Shown: one piece after another, positions 33,927 to 47,108 of the stretch
Layout: each line of letters starts with the position of its first letter
Position numbering within the stretch: the stretch's first letter is position 1
The notes under the pieces: generated by a model
Told to the model about the DNA's origin: nothing
Database searches by the model: none
What the model saw: only the letters and a program-made list of their open reading frames with translations
Assembly: GCA_963796275.1 (NCBI GenBank)
Contig: CAWCKY010000003.1
Location: 64,001-128,000, forward strand
DNA from: an uncultured Acidobacteriota bacterium
GTDB taxonomy: Bacteria; Acidobacteriota; Blastocatellia; RBC074
DNA: 64,000 bases
Direction of reading: 5' to 3'
Translations under genes and position numbers: made by a program

Positions 33927-35321
33927 ATGACCTCAGCGCTGATGAACCTGAATCCGTTGATACTCGGCCGCCTTCCCGAGTGCGCAATCTTTGTAGTGGG
34001 TGTGCTCCTACGTCTAACGATGGTTTGGCGGTACCCTGCAGACTGTGGGTACGATTCGTACGATCACTGGGATTACGTGGAGTGGATCGTCCATCACTGG
34101 ACCCTTCCGCCGCTGGCCGAGATGCGCGAGGCCTTTCATCCTCCATTGTACTACACAGCGGCTGCGGGTTTGGTTGAGCTAGGATCGACCAGGCAAGGAA
34201 TCATCTGGCTGTCGATTGCATGTGGCATCGTCCGGCTCGCCTTGATCTGGTGCGGACTCGAATGGTATCTGCCGCGACGCTGGGCGCGCATCGCTGCCCT
34301 GGCGCTCGCCGCCGTGCTCCCTTCATCCATTCATATCGACGGCATGGTTTACGGCGAGCCGCTGATCGGCATGCTCAGCGTCGCAGCGATGCTGCTATGG
34401 CTCCAAGTGCTCCGGGCAACCGGGAGACGGCAATGGCTGCTAGCCTGCGTATCGGGACTGGTGTTAGGGCTGGGGTTGCTCACCAAGCTATCAATGCTGG
34501 TCCTGCTGCTGGCGTTCGGAATGGGAGTATTTCTCGATATGTTGTTGCCATCCGAACCTGTCGATTGGCGGGCACGGGTAAAGGCACTATTGCCCTGGTT
34601 GGCCACTTTAGCCACCTGTCTGTCAGTCGCCAGCTGGTTCTACGCACGAAATGTGGTGCAATATCACAAGCCTTTTCTCACTAGCTTCGACACTACTGAG
34701 AAATCGTTGTTGGCCCGATCAAACCACCTGCCCTACCTGGATCGTCGTAGGCTGGGTTTCGTCCTTTCCTGGGATATGTCCATCTACCGACTCCCCTATT
34801 ACCCGGTTGGGCTTCAGCCGCACGCGCGGTTCTTTCCGGTCGCTTTAGCCTCAACCTTCGTGGACTACTACAACTACTGCTTCTCGGGACTGAGTTCCAC
34901 TCAGCATGTCGAGGGAAACCTGTTGGCCAACACACGCCCACTGACGCCTCGGCTGGTGGGTTTGTCTCGCGGCACCGTCCTCGGTGGAACCATTATTCTG
35001 ATGGGGACGCTGGCTGCCTGGGCGGTTTGTCTGCAGAGGACCTTCCGCAGGGACTGGGGTCTATTCGCAGTACTGCTAGTTCCTCTGTTAACCATCCTGT
35101 TCGCATTACACTTCGCCGTGCAGTACCCTTACGACGATTATGGTGTTATCAAGGGCGCCTACCTGCAATTCGGGGCAGCCCCACTGTACGCAATGTTCGG
35201 CCTGGCTGTCGACTGGGCAAGCTCAAAACGCCGGCGCTGGCCGATATTGGCGATTTTGCTGCTCGGCCTGGGTGGGGTCTCTGCGTATACCTTCTGCTGC
35301 CGCACAGGAGTGCTGCTCTGA
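33927..35321 (+). CDS. GT-C glycosyltransferase, paralogue 2
   Basis: Colinear with and highly similar to 32440-33819 (e.g. RLALIWCGLEWYLPRRWARIAALAL is identical). Confidence 0.75.
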   Translation: MTSALMNLNPLILGRLPECAIFVVGVLLRLTMVWRYPADCGYDSYDHWDYVEWIVHHWTLPPLAEMREAFHPPLYYTAAAGLVELGSTRQGIIWLSIACGIVRLALIWCGLEWYLPRRWARIAALALAAVLPSSIHIDGMVYGEPLIGMLSVAAMLLWLQVLRATGRRQWLLACVSGLVLGLGLLTKLSMLVLLLAFGMGVFLDMLLPSEPVDWRARVKALLPWLATLATCLSVASWFYARNVVQYHKPFLTSFDTTEKSLLARSNHLPYLDRRRLGFVLSWDMSIYRLPYYPVGLQPHARFFPVALASTFVDYYNYCFSGLSSTQHVEGNLLANTRPLTPRLVGLSRGTVLGGTIILMGTLAAWAVCLQRTFRRDWGLFAVLLVPLLTILFALHFAVQYPYDDYGVIKGAYLQFGAAPLYAMFGLAVDWASSKRRRWPILAILLLGLGGVSAYTFCCRTGVLL

Positions 35322-35347
35322 AATTTTGGCGGAGAGCGAAAGACATT

Positions 35348-36121
35348 ATGTTTATAGATTCCCACGCACATCTGGATGTACCGCAATACAATGCGGACCG
35401 CGAGGAAGTTATCGACCGGGCGCGGGCCGCAGGGATCGATACTATGCTGGAAATCTGCGGCAGCGACATCGCGAAGGGATCGCTCGATGTCGGAATGAAA
35501 CTGGCCGAAGAATATCCATTCATATATGCCGCCGTGGGCGTCCATCCGCACGAGGCGAGCCTGTATGACGAAGCTCTCGAGCGGAGACTTCTCGAGATGA
35601 GCGGAAAAGAAAAAGTCATCGGCTGGGGAGAAATCGGCCTCGACTACTACTACGATCACAGCCCCCGCGATGTGCAGCGCAAGGTTTTCAGCAGACAGAT
35701 AGAGCTCGGAACGAAATGCAATCTGCCCATCATCATTCACACGAGAGACGCGGAAGACGATACTATAACAACGCTGCGGGATGCCCCGCCCGGCACAATC
35801 GGCGTCATCCATTGCTTCACCGGAACCAGAACGCTCGCGGAGGCTGCGCTCCAGATGGGCTTTTACATTTCATTCTCCGGAGTAATAACCTTCAAAACCG
35901 CAGGCGATCTTCGCGAGGTTGCCAGGTATACGCCCATCGATAAAATTTTGATTGAGACCGATTGCCCGTACCTCGCTCCCGTGCCCCATCGCGGAAAACG
36001 TAATGAACCGGCATTCGTAATAGATACCGCGGCCAAATTAGCCGAAATCAAAGGCTCAAGCATCGATGAGATCGCCCATATCACCAGCGCCAACTTCAAA
36101 CGGCTCTTCAAATTGCAATAA
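35348..36121 (+). CDS. tatD: TatD-family hydrolase
   Basis: FIDSHAHLD, GVHPH, GEIGLDY, IIHTRDA, HCFTG and ETDCPYLAP; start set at ATG 35348. Confidence 0.95.
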   Translation: MFIDSHAHLDVPQYNADREEVIDRARAAGIDTMLEICGSDIAKGSLDVGMKLAEEYPFIYAAVGVHPHEASLYDEALERRLLEMSGKEKVIGWGEIGLDYYYDHSPRDVQRKVFSRQIELGTKCNLPIIIHTRDAEDDTITTLRDAPPGTIGVIHCFTGTRTLAEAALQMGFYISFSGVITFKTAGDLREVARYTPIDKILIETDCPYLAPVPHRGKRNEPAFVIDTAAKLAEIKGSSIDEIAHITSANFKRLFKLQ

Positions 36122-36576
36122 GTTCCGCACTCATCCCAAATCTGCCGTATCAGAGATTTGGCGCTTTATCCACTAAATCAAATTGTGCCCACCCATTATC
36201 TCGAGCTTATATTTATTACCTTCGTTGCAAGCTCGAACCCAATGCTACTCCCCCGATGCTACCCCTAAGATATCTTTTCGATCTCTACACTCAGCCCCCT
36301 GACCTAAACCATTATCAGGTGACGCAAGAAATAGTAATGATCTGCATAACGCGCCAAAGCGCCCATAATTGGAACTCGCCGAGAAACTGGATACACACAA
36401 TCGGTCATTCATTCACTTTTACATGACCGTTAAACAGCGACATATCCACCCGCGAGTCAGCACTAAACATTGAGGAATATGAACGAATTCGAAATGCTGT
36501 CGTATGCGTCATGTTAGTAATAGGCGCGCGGCGGCTGAGTCTAACGTTTGCCGTAGGCAATGGAGAGAGAGTATCT

Positions 36577-36837
36577 ATGCAAGAAATAATTTTTACAGAA
36601 TCGCAATATTCACCTTTCTTGGAGCAACTGCAATTTTTTGTTGATGAGGTTCCTAACGAGGTTGATCCTCTACCTATTGATGACATAGACGATTTCAACA
36701 TCGATTTGAGTAACCAAGTAAACTGTGCGGTCACATTTTTTATGGAACACGAAGGATACACGCGTGAAGAGGCGTTGGCTCTTGTGGAGAATTTTCTCGA
36801 TCGTGGAAATCGACCGCTATCGGCAGAAACCCGATAG
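36577..36837 (+). CDS. Small acidic hypothetical protein
   Basis: 86-aa ORF with GGAGAG RBS in an AT-rich accessory interval. Confidence 0.5.
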   Translation: MQEIIFTESQYSPFLEQLQFFVDEVPNEVDPLPIDDIDDFNIDLSNQVNCAVTFFMEHEGYTREEALALVENFLDRGNRPLSAETR

Positions 36838-37559
36838 AAAGCGCTGCCGATCCGATCTCTTTCGCGGTTGTTGAGCTTCTTGATAAATAAAAGCGACTTC
36901 AAGATCACCTTTGGCGGCATCCGCGGCGTTTCGAATTTGTTCTCCTCTCCCATCTTGAAAGCCTCGCTTCTCACGAGATATCAGTAATCAATTTTTTGTG
37001 ATGGATTGAGCCGCGAAGCGAAGCGGGCTGATTTGGTGAGAAGCTGATTACCTGAAGACCAATAATTGACCTTGAGCCGAAGCTCGTCGGAGTATCAAGG
37101 ACTTGGAGCAGCCAAGCCGCGCAGCAGGAGATGCTCCTTGACACCAGCGGAAGCTACTGGTTCACACTGCTAAGTTACCGACTGCGCCTACCTTCTTCCT
37201 CGCCGCTTCCATCCGAAAAATATCGATGAAATGATGATGACGCTTGGCGCGTTATAGCTGAAAACGAAAACATTGATCGAACCATCCGCGTCAATGCCGG
37301 ATTGCGTAGACTTAGAGCGGAGGGTAAGATTGGAGGTGGTGAGGAGATATACGGATATAGCAACGGAGATCCCGTTAACTGACAATCTGCGAATTCAAAG
37401 GTGGGGTTGTCAAACAGATTTTCGATTTATGCATTCAAAGATTCGTTCTCCAGCGATTGCGGTAGACTTGAACATACGCGACATAAACACTCCGTCACAT
37501 CCGAGTAGAAACCACAAGCGGTTAAGTGGAAAAGAGAAGAATTAGCGTATCCCACGCAA

Positions 37560-37871
37560 GCGCGCGCATACACAGGACAATTTATTGACGGAAAAATTTC
37601 TGTGAAGAAAGTTGACGGAGTTGTGAGAAAGGTAAACAATCCCGAATCAAGCTACGTCAATCCAACCATTCTCACAATCATTGATGCAAAGACATTCGAA
37701 TCCGCGCAAAAGACAAGATACCAGAGGATCCCGACCCACTCCTGGCCAAAGGTTGCCGATCTCCGTACATTCCGCCAAGTCTTGGAAAAGTTTGTGAAAC
37801 GGGTCACAATATACTCAGTCAAGAAACGCGAGCGAAATTCCGAATTGACGGGGTTATTGACGCAGAATTAG
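37560..37871 (+). pseudogene. Relic of a large serine recombinase
   Basis: In-frame AYTGQFIDGK...PESSY...TIIDAKTFESAQ resembles the recombinase-domain end (Y.G...IID.ETF..AQ); RQVLEKFVKRVTI resembles the family C-terminus. Confidence 0.5.
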
Positions 37872-37903
37872 CAATTTCATTAAGTGAGCAATATCTGTGA
37901 ATT

Positions 37904-38404
37904 ATGGCACAGCAAAACACCTTCGATATCGTTTCTAAAATCGATCACGCTGAAGTCGTCAACGCCATCAACCAGGCGATCAAGGAAGTGCAGACGCGGT
38001 TCGACTTCAAGGGCAGCCAGAGCAACATTGAAGTGGAAGGGAATGAGTTCATCATTCTCACTTCGGATGACGAATACAAGCTTAAGAGCTTGAATGAGAT
38101 CCTTCAGTCGAAACTGGTGAAGCGAGGAGTACCGCTCAAGGGATTGACGTACGGGAAAATCGAACAGGCGCTAGGTGGTACGGTGCGCCAGCGCATCAGC
38201 CTGCAGCAGGGCATTCCGCAGGAGAACGCCAAGGAGATCGTTAAAGTCATCAAGGATACGAAGCTCAAAGTGCAGGTTTCGATCCAGGGCGACTTCGTGC
38301 GCGTCAGCGGAAAAGATCGCGACACATTACAGAACGTCATTTCCGCCTTACGCGATAAAGATTTCGGAATCGATATGCAGTTTACTAATTACCGGTCGAA
38401 TTAG
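37904..38404 (+). CDS. yajQ: YajQ-family nucleotide/c-di-GMP-binding protein
   Basis: FDIVSKID..EV.NA..QA.KE..TRFDFKG and IQGD.VRVSGK.RD.LQ...QFTNYR. Confidence 0.95.
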   Translation: MAQQNTFDIVSKIDHAEVVNAINQAIKEVQTRFDFKGSQSNIEVEGNEFIILTSDDEYKLKSLNEILQSKLVKRGVPLKGLTYGKIEQALGGTVRQRISLQQGIPQENAKEIVKVIKDTKLKVQVSIQGDFVRVSGKDRDTLQNVISALRDKDFGIDMQFTNYRSN

Positions 38405-38406
38405 GA

Positions 38407-38453
38407 CGGTTTTCAGATTTCAGCACTGAGTCGATCCTGAAATTTGAAAATCG
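38407..38453. repeat. Short heptamer-based inverted repeat after yajQ
   Basis: CGGTTTTCAGATTTCAG ... CTGAAATTTGAAAATCG. Confidence 0.55.
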
Positions 38454-38466
38454 AAGACTAGTCATT

Positions 38467-39483
38467 ATGGCAAAGATTCTATCAGTATCTTCCCCGCGTC
38501 AAGCGCAGACAACCGCCGAACGAATCTTCCACCTGATCCACAAAGAGATGCTGGCGGTCGAAGACGAGTTTGAACATCAAGCGAGATCCAACATTCAAAT
38601 CATCGCCCATATTGGGCGTTATCTGCACCAGACCGGAGGCAAGCGGATCCGCCCGGCGCTCCTGATACTCTCGGCAAAAGTTTTTTGTGAGGAAGTCGAC
38701 CCTTCAATAATACAGATCGCGACGGTCATGGAGTTCCTCCACACGGCGACGCTTGTCCATGATGACATCATTGACGGCGCCGATATGCGGCGCGGCCGCC
38801 AGGCCGTTTCCAGCCAGTGGGGAAATGACACCGCCGTTCTGATGGGTGACTGGCTTTACATGACGGCTTTTGAGACCGCGTTACAGCAACGCAATCTCGA
38901 TATCCTCGACACTCTCACCGAAGCGACGCGTAAGATGACCGAGGGGGAATTGATCCAGCTGACATTGATCGGCAAGATGAGGATCACCGAAGAACAGCAT
39001 CTGGACATCGTGAGCCGCAAGACCGGCCATCTATTCAGCGCCAGTTGCCGCGCCGGCGCCATAATGCGCGGAGCCGATGAAGAACAACGCCGGGCGCTCG
39101 CGATTTACGGCCTCAACCTCGGCATCGCCTTTCAACTTGTCGATGATCTGCTGGATTTCACATCCGATAGCACTAAACTAGGCAAACCGGTGCTGAGCGA
39201 CCTGCGCGAAGGCAAGGTCACGCTGCCGTTGATTCGCTTACTTAAAAACCATCCGAACTGCGCGACGGCCGTCCGGGCCGCGATGGAAGAACCAGCCGGA
39301 GCGACAGAGCGCGCAGAAGATGTCTTGGCTTTGCTCGCCGAATATGGTGAACTAGAACAGGCTCGCGATGAGGCCTATCGCTACGCGGCCCGCGCGCAGG
39401 ATGCGCTCAATATATTCTCGGACAATAAGTACCGGCGCGCTTTATACGACATAGCTCAATATATTGTCGAACGCGATAGATAA
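38467..39483 (+). CDS. Polyprenyl diphosphate synthase (IspB/HepT-like)
   Basis: GGKRIRP, HTATLVHDDIID..RRG, FQLVDDLLD and GKP..DLREGK.TLP. Confidence 0.94.
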   Translation: MAKILSVSSPRQAQTTAERIFHLIHKEMLAVEDEFEHQARSNIQIIAHIGRYLHQTGGKRIRPALLILSAKVFCEEVDPSIIQIATVMEFLHTATLVHDDIIDGADMRRGRQAVSSQWGNDTAVLMGDWLYMTAFETALQQRNLDILDTLTEATRKMTEGELIQLTLIGKMRITEEQHLDIVSRKTGHLFSASCRAGAIMRGADEEQRRALAIYGLNLGIAFQLVDDLLDFTSDSTKLGKPVLSDLREGKVTLPLIRLLKNHPNCATAVRAAMEEPAGATERAEDVLALLAEYGELEQARDEAYRYAARAQDALNIFSDNKYRRALYDIAQYIVERDR

Positions 39484-39563
39484 TTTGATTGCTGAATGAG
39501 GAAGAAGTGGGTGGAAAATAATATCCCCTTTAATTCCCCAATATCTGCAATCGGAAAAATCGT

Positions 39564-40088
39564 ATGATGGACGACACAGCCATAGCGGCGCTTCAGCGGT
39601 CGCTCAGTGAAAACCGCGAGGCAAAGCGCAAAATCAAAACGCGCCTGGCCGAACTGGAAGCCGAAGCGGAAATGCTCCGATCTCAATTGGCGACTTTCAA
39701 TGCCGTTATCGAGCAGACTGAGCTGGCTCTTCGTCGCGTGCTTTTCCCCGACGATAAGCCGAGCAAATATGATCCGATCGAACTTCGCGCCACTGAAGCC
39801 GAAATAGAGGCCGAGGTCGCTAAGATCGAGCGGACAGAGCAATCGAGTAATGTTAGATTCAATGACTTTCGCATCCCACAGGCGGCCACCATCATCTTGC
39901 GCGAAGCCAACACTCCACTTCACGTGAGCGAAATCTACCGCCGTATGGCCGATGGCGGTTACGAATTTCGCGGGCAGCATCAATTGATAACACTCGCTGT
40001 CTCATTAAGCCGCAGTAAACGCTTCCGCAAAGTTGCACCGGGAACTTTCGAACTGAATCCCGACTATCAGACAGGGCAGGTAGCATGA
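39564..40088 (+). CDS. Coiled-coil plus winged-helix (HARE-HTH-like) protein
   Basis: N-terminal coiled coil; C-terminal AATIILREANTPLHVSEIY...F.KVAPGTFEL. Confidence 0.7.
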   Translation: MMDDTAIAALQRSLSENREAKRKIKTRLAELEAEAEMLRSQLATFNAVIEQTELALRRVLFPDDKPSKYDPIELRATEAEIEAEVAKIERTEQSSNVRFNDFRIPQAATIILREANTPLHVSEIYRRMADGGYEFRGQHQLITLAVSLSRSKRFRKVAPGTFELNPDYQTGQVA

Positions 40089-40155
40089 TGTTGGAGGGAC
40101 AAAGATATCCCGCCACGCGACTATCCTTCGCTCTCCTCTCTCCCGCAAATAATGT

Positions 40156-41157
40156 ATGAAGGCGATGATTCTAGCAGCAGGATTTGGCACGCGGCTCTGG
40201 CCGCTGACTGTCGGCCGGACCAAGCCGGCTATTCCTTTCCTCAATCGACCGCTCATCGAATATACGATCGAGTACCTGCGCCGCCACGGCATAGAAGACC
40301 TGTTGATAAATCTTCACCATGAGCCGGAATCCGTGATCGAGCAGATCGGTGATGGCTCGCGTTATGGGGTGAAGATCACCTACTCCATTGAAGAGCCGGA
40401 TATTCTCGGAACATCCGGCGCGCTCGATCGCACGCGGCATCTGCTCGATGCCGATACATTCATCGTCATCAATGGAAAGATCATAACCGATATTGATCTC
40501 AATCCGGCTCTGGCAGCTCATCGCAACTCTAAGGCCATGGCAACGCTCGTCCTCCGATCGAATACGAATCGAGAATATTTCAGGGAAGTTAAGGTAGGTG
40601 AGGATGGGCGAATTGCCGAATTCGCCAGCTTTCCCGATCGCAATCAGGACTCCGTAGCTCGCCATACCCCCTTGATGTTCACCGGCATTCACATTTTGGA
40701 GCCGGCTATCTTCGACTACATCCCGCAAGGCATATTTTCAGATTCTGTAAAAGACGTATATCCGAAAGCCATGGCCGAGGGAGAATTTATCGCGGGGCAT
40801 GTCGGTGAGGGATCGTGGTTCGAACTCAGCACGCTCGAACGATATCTAACGATCAGCCTCGAATTTATGCAGCGCCGGAGGAACGATATGAACGCAGGGC
40901 CCGGTCTTGTGATGGGTGAGAGCTGCATCATAGAGCCCGGCGCAACGGTTGAACGATCGATCCTATGGAGAGGCGTGCGCATAGAACGCGGCGCAAAAGT
41001 TACTGAGTGCATCATCGCCGATAATGTAGTCATCCCACAGGACGCAGTATTTCATCGCGCAGCCATCGTTCGCGCTGAAACCGCCACCAGTGACCGTCCG
41101 GAAAAAGCTGCGCCGAGCGAATTAAGGGGCGATAACCTTGTCGTGCATTTCGGGTGA
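40156..41157 (+). CDS. Sugar-phosphate nucleotidyltransferase (MurU/GMPP-like)
   Basis: [20 protein letters not shown] signature and C-terminal hexapeptide repeats. Confidence 0.88.
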   Translation: MKAMILAAGFGTRLWPLTVGRTKPAIPFLNRPLIEYTIEYLRRHGIEDLLINLHHEPESVIEQIGDGSRYGVKITYSIEEPDILGTSGALDRTRHLLDADTFIVINGKIITDIDLNPALAAHRNSKAMATLVLRSNTNREYFREVKVGEDGRIAEFASFPDRNQDSVARHTPLMFTGIHILEPAIFDYIPQGIFSDSVKDVYPKAMAEGEFIAGHVGEGSWFELSTLERYLTISLEFMQRRRNDMNAGPGLVMGESCIIEPGATVERSILWRGVRIERGAKVTECIIADNVVIPQDAVFHRAAIVRAETATSDRPEKAAPSELRGDNLVVHFG

Positions 41158-41210
41158 TGTTACCATCCTCAACAAGCTTCCCGCCCCATAAAATATTGTC
41201 AGTAATAGAT

Positions 41211-42284
<1,074 letters not shown>

Positions 42285-42294
42285 AAAAATTTTT

Positions 42295-43605
42295 ATGGAT
42301 CAGACATATATATCAGATATAGGTAAACATCTCGGTAAAGAAATTACAATCAAAGGATGGCTATACAATAAGCGTTCGAGCGGCAAGCTCGGATTCCTGG
42401 AAATTCGCGACGGGTCAGGGATCATACAAGGCGTCTTATCGAAGAAAGATGTCAGCGAGCAGTGCTGGAATGATTGCGAACGGGTGACGCAGGAATCGTC
42501 GATCACCGTTCTGGGTATACCGCGCGAGCATCCGAAAAAACCCGGAGTGTACGAACTGGACATCAAAGACCTGCAGATCGTGCAACTGGCGCAAGAATAT
42601 CCGATCACACCGAAAGAGCATGGCGTCGAGTTCCTCATGGATCATCGCCATCTCTGGTTGCGCTCGCGCCGGCAACACGCGATCCTGCGCGTGCGGCACG
42701 AGATCATCAGAGCCGTGCGGGATTTCTTCGACGATAACGGTTTCATTTTATGCGATACGCCGATCTTTACTCCCGCCGCTTGCGAGGGAACGACAACTCT
42801 CTTCGAGGCCACCTATTTCGATGAGAAAGCTTATCTCACGCAATCTGGCCAGCTTTATAACGAAGCGACCGCGGCGGCATTTGGGAAGGTCTATTGTTTC
42901 GGGCCGACCTTTCGCGCAGAAAAATCTAAGACGCGGCGGCACCTGACCGAGTTCTGGATGGTCGAACCGGAGGTAGCTTTCGCGGAACTCGACGACGTTA
43001 TGGAACTGGCTGAAAATTTCCTAAGCTATATTGTAGGGCGGGTGCTCGACAAACGAAGGGAAGAATTGAATCAGCTGGAACGGGATACGGCGTTCCTCGA
43101 AAAAATAGCACCCCCCTTTCCTCGTATAGGATATGATGATATCGTTAAGATGCTTCAGCAAGGCCACGCTGAAGGCAAGCTTGAAAGCCGCTTTGAGTGG
43201 GGCGGCGATTTAGGTTCACCGGACGAAACATATATATCAAGTGAATATGACAAGCCCGTGATGGTGCACCGATATCCTGCGGCGGTCAAGGCATTTTATA
43301 TGGAGCCTGACCCGAAGAGGCCGGAACTGGCGTTGTGTGTTGATGTGCTTGCGCCAGAGGGATACGGTGAAATCATCGGCGGCGGGCAACGCGCATCGTC
43401 GCTTGAATTAGTGTTGAATCGAATTAAGGAGCACGGATTACCCGAAGAGGCATTCGACTGGTACCTTGATCTTCGCCGTTACGGGAGCGTACCGCACGCC
43501 GGGTTCGGAATGGGGATAGAGCGCGCAGTCGCCTGGATTTGCGGTCTGGAGCACGTGCGAGAGACGATACCATTTCCGCGTATGTTGTACCGGCTGAAGC
43601 CTTAA
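42295..43605 (+). CDS. asnS: Asparagine--tRNA ligase
   Basis: OB-fold, [34 protein letters not shown] and [15 protein letters not shown]. Confidence 0.96.
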   Translation: MDQTYISDIGKHLGKEITIKGWLYNKRSSGKLGFLEIRDGSGIIQGVLSKKDVSEQCWNDCERVTQESSITVLGIPREHPKKPGVYELDIKDLQIVQLAQEYPITPKEHGVEFLMDHRHLWLRSRRQHAILRVRHEIIRAVRDFFDDNGFILCDTPIFTPAACEGTTTLFEATYFDEKAYLTQSGQLYNEATAAAFGKVYCFGPTFRAEKSKTRRHLTEFWMVEPEVAFAELDDVMELAENFLSYIVGRVLDKRREELNQLERDTAFLEKIAPPFPRIGYDDIVKMLQQGHAEGKLESRFEWGGDLGSPDETYISSEYDKPVMVHRYPAAVKAFYMEPDPKRPELALCVDVLAPEGYGEIIGGGQRASSLELVLNRIKEHGLPEEAFDWYLDLRRYGSVPHAGFGMGIERAVAWICGLEHVRETIPFPRMLYRLKP

Positions 43606-43751
43606 TAATAGAGTTTGAAAATTACGTGTTTAGATGAGTGAGATGAGATTGATTTGATATTTGAGTATTGAGATTTTACGAGAAATTACTATCCGCCCAA
43701 ATCAAATATAAACTCTGAAACCCGCCCCGATATCTCCCAAGAAAGGATGCC

Positions 43752-44483
43752 ATGCTGGAATTAAAACAAACACCCGGCAAGGGATCCCCCAAACCGACGC
43801 TACCGGATAAAAAACAACCTATTATAGCCACTTGGCTTAGCCAATTCGAAGAACGGATATCGCGCGATTTTCATCGCCGTACCGGTTTAGATTTCAAGAA
43901 AACAATTGGAGTCATCATAAGTACGGCAGAACCCTTTCCCGGTATGCAGGTGCTTGATATACCGACCGGCACTGGTGTAATCGCTCGCCAGTTCGTCGGC
44001 AAAGTTGGGGAGAAGGGTAGAATTATCGGCGTCGCCGAGACTCGTGAGAAACTCGAACAGGCGAGACTCACCGCGCAATCCCTGAAACTAACGCTACATA
44101 TCGAATGGCGCGCGATGCCGATGGAGGGGCTCTTTTTCGCCAGCAATACAATGGATCTGGTCACCTGCGTCATGGCCTTCAATTCCCTTAAGCCTGAAAG
44201 ATACCTCGCCGAAGTTTATCGAGTGCTCAAGCCCGGAGGCCGCTTGTTGATCGCGGATGAGTTCAATCCGGATATCTCAGCCAATTCGTTCATCCTGTCA
44301 ATGCGGCGCATTTACCAGCGCTATATAAAACGGCCTAAAAAAAATGCCAAAACCCGGTTCTATACTCACGATGAGATGATGAACCTGCTCACCGACGCAG
44401 GCTTCAATCAATACATGTTCAGAGTACTGAGGCAACGCGACAAAAACGATAGAATATTTTCGCTTATTAAAGCGGTGAAATAA
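43752..44483 (+). CDS. Class I SAM-dependent methyltransferase (UbiE-like)
   Basis: VLDIPTGTG and [12 protein letters not shown]. Confidence 0.82.
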   Translation: MLELKQTPGKGSPKPTLPDKKQPIIATWLSQFEERISRDFHRRTGLDFKKTIGVIISTAEPFPGMQVLDIPTGTGVIARQFVGKVGEKGRIIGVAETREKLEQARLTAQSLKLTLHIEWRAMPMEGLFFASNTMDLVTCVMAFNSLKPERYLAEVYRVLKPGGRLLIADEFNPDISANSFILSMRRIYQRYIKRPKKNAKTRFYTHDEMMNLLTDAGFNQYMFRVLRQRDKNDRIFSLIKAVK

Positions 44484-44491
44484 GAATTTCT

Positions 44492-45412
44492 ATGGCGAGG
44501 CCCCCAAAAAAGGTAACAATCATCGGCGTGCTGATGGACCTCGGTGCGGATAGGCGCGGGGTGGATATGGGTCCATCGGCAATCCGAGTGGCCGACCTAA
44601 ACGAGCGGTTGGAGAGGCTGGGCTATGAAGTAATCGACGAGGGTAACATCGGCGTGCGCAACGCTGAGATGATGCAGATCGGCGACAGTAAAGCTAAGTA
44701 CCTGCCTGAGATAACAGTCGCTTGTCAGAGAATCGCCGACCTCGTCGAATCCGCGCTCGGAGCGGAATCTATCCCGATCATTCTCGGCGGAGACCATTCG
44801 GTCGCTATCGGCAGCGTCTCCGGTCTGGCGTCATTCTACCGCAAGCGAGACCAGCGCGTCGGCGTGATCTGGTTTGACGCGCACGGAGACATGAACACAC
44901 CGGAGATATCTCCTTCCGGAAACATCCACGGCATGCCATTCGCCGCCATTCTGGGCCACGGCGCACAAGAATTGACACACATCGGCGGATTCACACCGAA
45001 AGTACATCCCGAAGATTGCGTGTTGATCGGCGCGCGCAGCATCGATCCGAATGAGGCCATCGCTATCAAAGCATCCGGCATCCGAGTCATCACCATGCGC
45101 GATCTCGACGAACGAGGGATGAGCGCAGTGATGGATGAGGCGATGTGGCTGGCATCGCGGCGTACCGCCGGCTTTCACGTGACTATGGACATGGATTTCG
45201 TCGATCCCGATTATGCGCCGGGCGTTGGGACGCCGGTGCCGGGAGGTCCGACATATCGAGAAAGCCATCTGGCGATGGAGAAGATCGCCGATTCGGGCAA
45301 GATGCTTTCATTCGAATTGACCGAAGTCAACCCGGTCCTCGACATCTCGAATCGCACGGCCGAACTCGGCGTTCAATTGATACTGTCGGCTTTTGGAAAG
45401 AAGATCATGTAA
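44492..45412 (+). CDS. rocF: Arginase
   Basis: [45 protein letters not shown] and EVNP. Confidence 0.95.
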   Translation: MARPPKKVTIIGVLMDLGADRRGVDMGPSAIRVADLNERLERLGYEVIDEGNIGVRNAEMMQIGDSKAKYLPEITVACQRIADLVESALGAESIPIILGGDHSVAIGSVSGLASFYRKRDQRVGVIWFDAHGDMNTPEISPSGNIHGMPFAAILGHGAQELTHIGGFTPKVHPEDCVLIGARSIDPNEAIAIKASGIRVITMRDLDERGMSAVMDEAMWLASRRTAGFHVTMDMDFVDPDYAPGVGTPVPGGPTYRESHLAMEKIADSGKMLSFELTEVNPVLDISNRTAELGVQLILSAFGKKIM

Positions 45413-45571
45413 CTCCGGACGATAAGCAAGAATAGGTGAGGAACAGAGACGCAAAATGATTGGTTCTTCTCGTTCATTATTCCGATATTTATTGCCTGAA
45501 CAAGTTGCTTACTTTTCAAATGGACCCCGGCTCCTTGTATCGAAAAAATCTGGAAAATTCTGTCCGACCTC

Positions 45572-46693
45572 ATGGGAGCAGTTTTGTCAAAGAAAATAAG
45601 AGTCGGTGTAATCTTCGGCGGGCGATCCGGTGAACATGAAGTCTCACTGCGATCCGCCGAATCGGTGATCAACGCCCTTGATCGCAATAAATATGACATA
45701 GTGCCGATCGCGATCACCAAACAAGGCAAATGGTTGACATCGAAAGAGGCGACCAATCTCTTGCCCGCCGCTGTGATCGAATCCGCAGATCTGCACGTCG
45801 CGATCTTCGGAGATCCTACGGAACGAGGCCTCGCTAGATTGAGCGGCGACGGCCGATCCGATGGAACCGACAAATTGGATGTCATTATCCCCATTCTGCA
45901 CGGCACCTTCGGCGAAGACGGAACAATTCAAGGGTTGCTTGAGATGGCTGATCTGCCCTATGTGGGCTGCGGCGTGCTGGCTTCAGCCGCCGGTATGGAC
46001 AAGGTCATAATGAAACGGCTGTTCCGCGAAGCCGGCTTGCCGATCGTCAAGCTCACCCATTTCCTGCGTTCGCAATGGGAAGCCGATGCGCAAAATATCG
46101 AGGCCCGCGTAACCGAGGAGATCGGTTTTCCGTGTTTCGTCAAACCCGCAAACCTGGGTTCTTCGGTGGGCATCTCGAAAGCGATCGATGGAAAAAGCCT
46201 GAAAGCGGCGATCGCACTCGCTGCAAAGTATGACCGCAAAATCGTGGTCGAAGAGGGAATCGATGGACGCGAACTGGAGGTGAGCGTTCTGGGAAATGAT
46301 GAACCGATAGTGAGCCTTCCAGGTGAAATCGTTCCGCAATCGGCTGAATTCTACGACTACCACGCCAAATATTTAGACGATAATGGCGCTCGATTGATCA
46401 TCCCCGCTGAACTGAAGAGAGCGACCGCAGCTGAAATTCAACGACTTGCGATCCGCGCATTTCAGGCTATTGACGGATCAGGTCTGGCGAGGGTCGATTT
46501 CTTTCTGGAACGTAAGACGGAGAAATTGATCGTCAACGAGATTAATACACTTCCGGGTTTCACTTCAATAAGTATGTATCCCAAGCTTTGGGAGGCAAGC
46601 GGCATCAGTTATAAGGAATTGATTGACCGATTAATTGAGCTAGCTTTCGAACGGCATCTGGAAAAATCGAGGAATGTGACGAGCTATGGATAA
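45572..46693 (+). CDS. ddl: D-alanine--D-alanine ligase
   Basis: [38 protein letters not shown] and [10 protein letters not shown]. Confidence 0.97.
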   Translation: MGAVLSKKIRVGVIFGGRSGEHEVSLRSAESVINALDRNKYDIVPIAITKQGKWLTSKEATNLLPAAVIESADLHVAIFGDPTERGLARLSGDGRSDGTDKLDVIIPILHGTFGEDGTIQGLLEMADLPYVGCGVLASAAGMDKVIMKRLFREAGLPIVKLTHFLRSQWEADAQNIEARVTEEIGFPCFVKPANLGSSVGISKAIDGKSLKAAIALAAKYDRKIVVEEGIDGRELEVSVLGNDEPIVSLPGEIVPQSAEFYDYHAKYLDDNGARLIIPAELKRATAAEIQRLAIRAFQAIDGSGLARVDFFLERKTEKLIVNEINTLPGFTSISMYPKLWEASGISYKELIDRLIELAFERHLEKSRNVTSYG

Positions 46694-46767
46694 TTACAGT
46701 TTTCAGTTTTCAATAATCAGTTGCCGGCAAAATGCTGTCACCTGAAACTGTAAACTGAAAACTGTAA
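46694..46767. repeat. Inverted heptamer array (CAGTTTT)n/(AAAACTG)n between convergent ddl and atpE
   Basis: TTACAGTTTTCAGTTTTCA ... CTGTAAACTGAAAACTGTAA. Confidence 0.75.
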
Positions 46768-46778
46768 CTCCCTCTCAA

Positions 46779-47108
46779 TCAGATATTGGGATAGACTACC
46801 AGCAGAACAACCACCAACGTAAAGATCACCAGGGATTCAATCAGGGCCAGCCCCAAAATCAAGGCTAACTGCACGCGGTTATAGGCTCCCGGGTTGCGGG
46901 CCATACCTTCGCACGCTGCGGCGGCAACCCGCCCCTGGCCGAGTCCGCACAGACCCGCAGCTATACCGAAGCCGATAACCGCCGCGAGAAAGCCAAGACC
47001 TCGGGTCAGGGGACTATGCGATGTCTCAGGTGCCTGAGCAAAAGCCGGAATCGTTGTGAAGAGGGCCATCAATACGAATACGCCCAAACGAACCAGATTA
47101 CGTTTCAT
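46779..47108 (-). CDS. atpE: ATP synthase F0 subunit c (with N-terminal leader)
   Basis: GLGQG...ARNPGA..LILGLALIES with the conserved carboxylate. Confidence 0.95.
   Translation of the reverse strand: MKRNLVRLGVFVLMALFTTIPAFAQAPETSHSPLTRGLGFLAAVIGFGIAAGLCGLGQGRVAAAACEGMARNPGAYNRVQLALILGLALIESLVIFTLVVVLLVVYPNI

Noticed and set aside
35027-35347. Apparent 107-aa N-terminal extension of TatD
   Set aside because: It overlaps the glycosyltransferase in another frame; TatD homology starts at MFIDSHAH (35348). The same reasoning applies to the ORF-track starts of virB4 (7131) and ctaA (53704).
43606-43740. Weak TGAGAT/TTTGAT periodic tract after asnS
   Set aside because: Too degenerate to assign confidently to the heptamer palindrome family.
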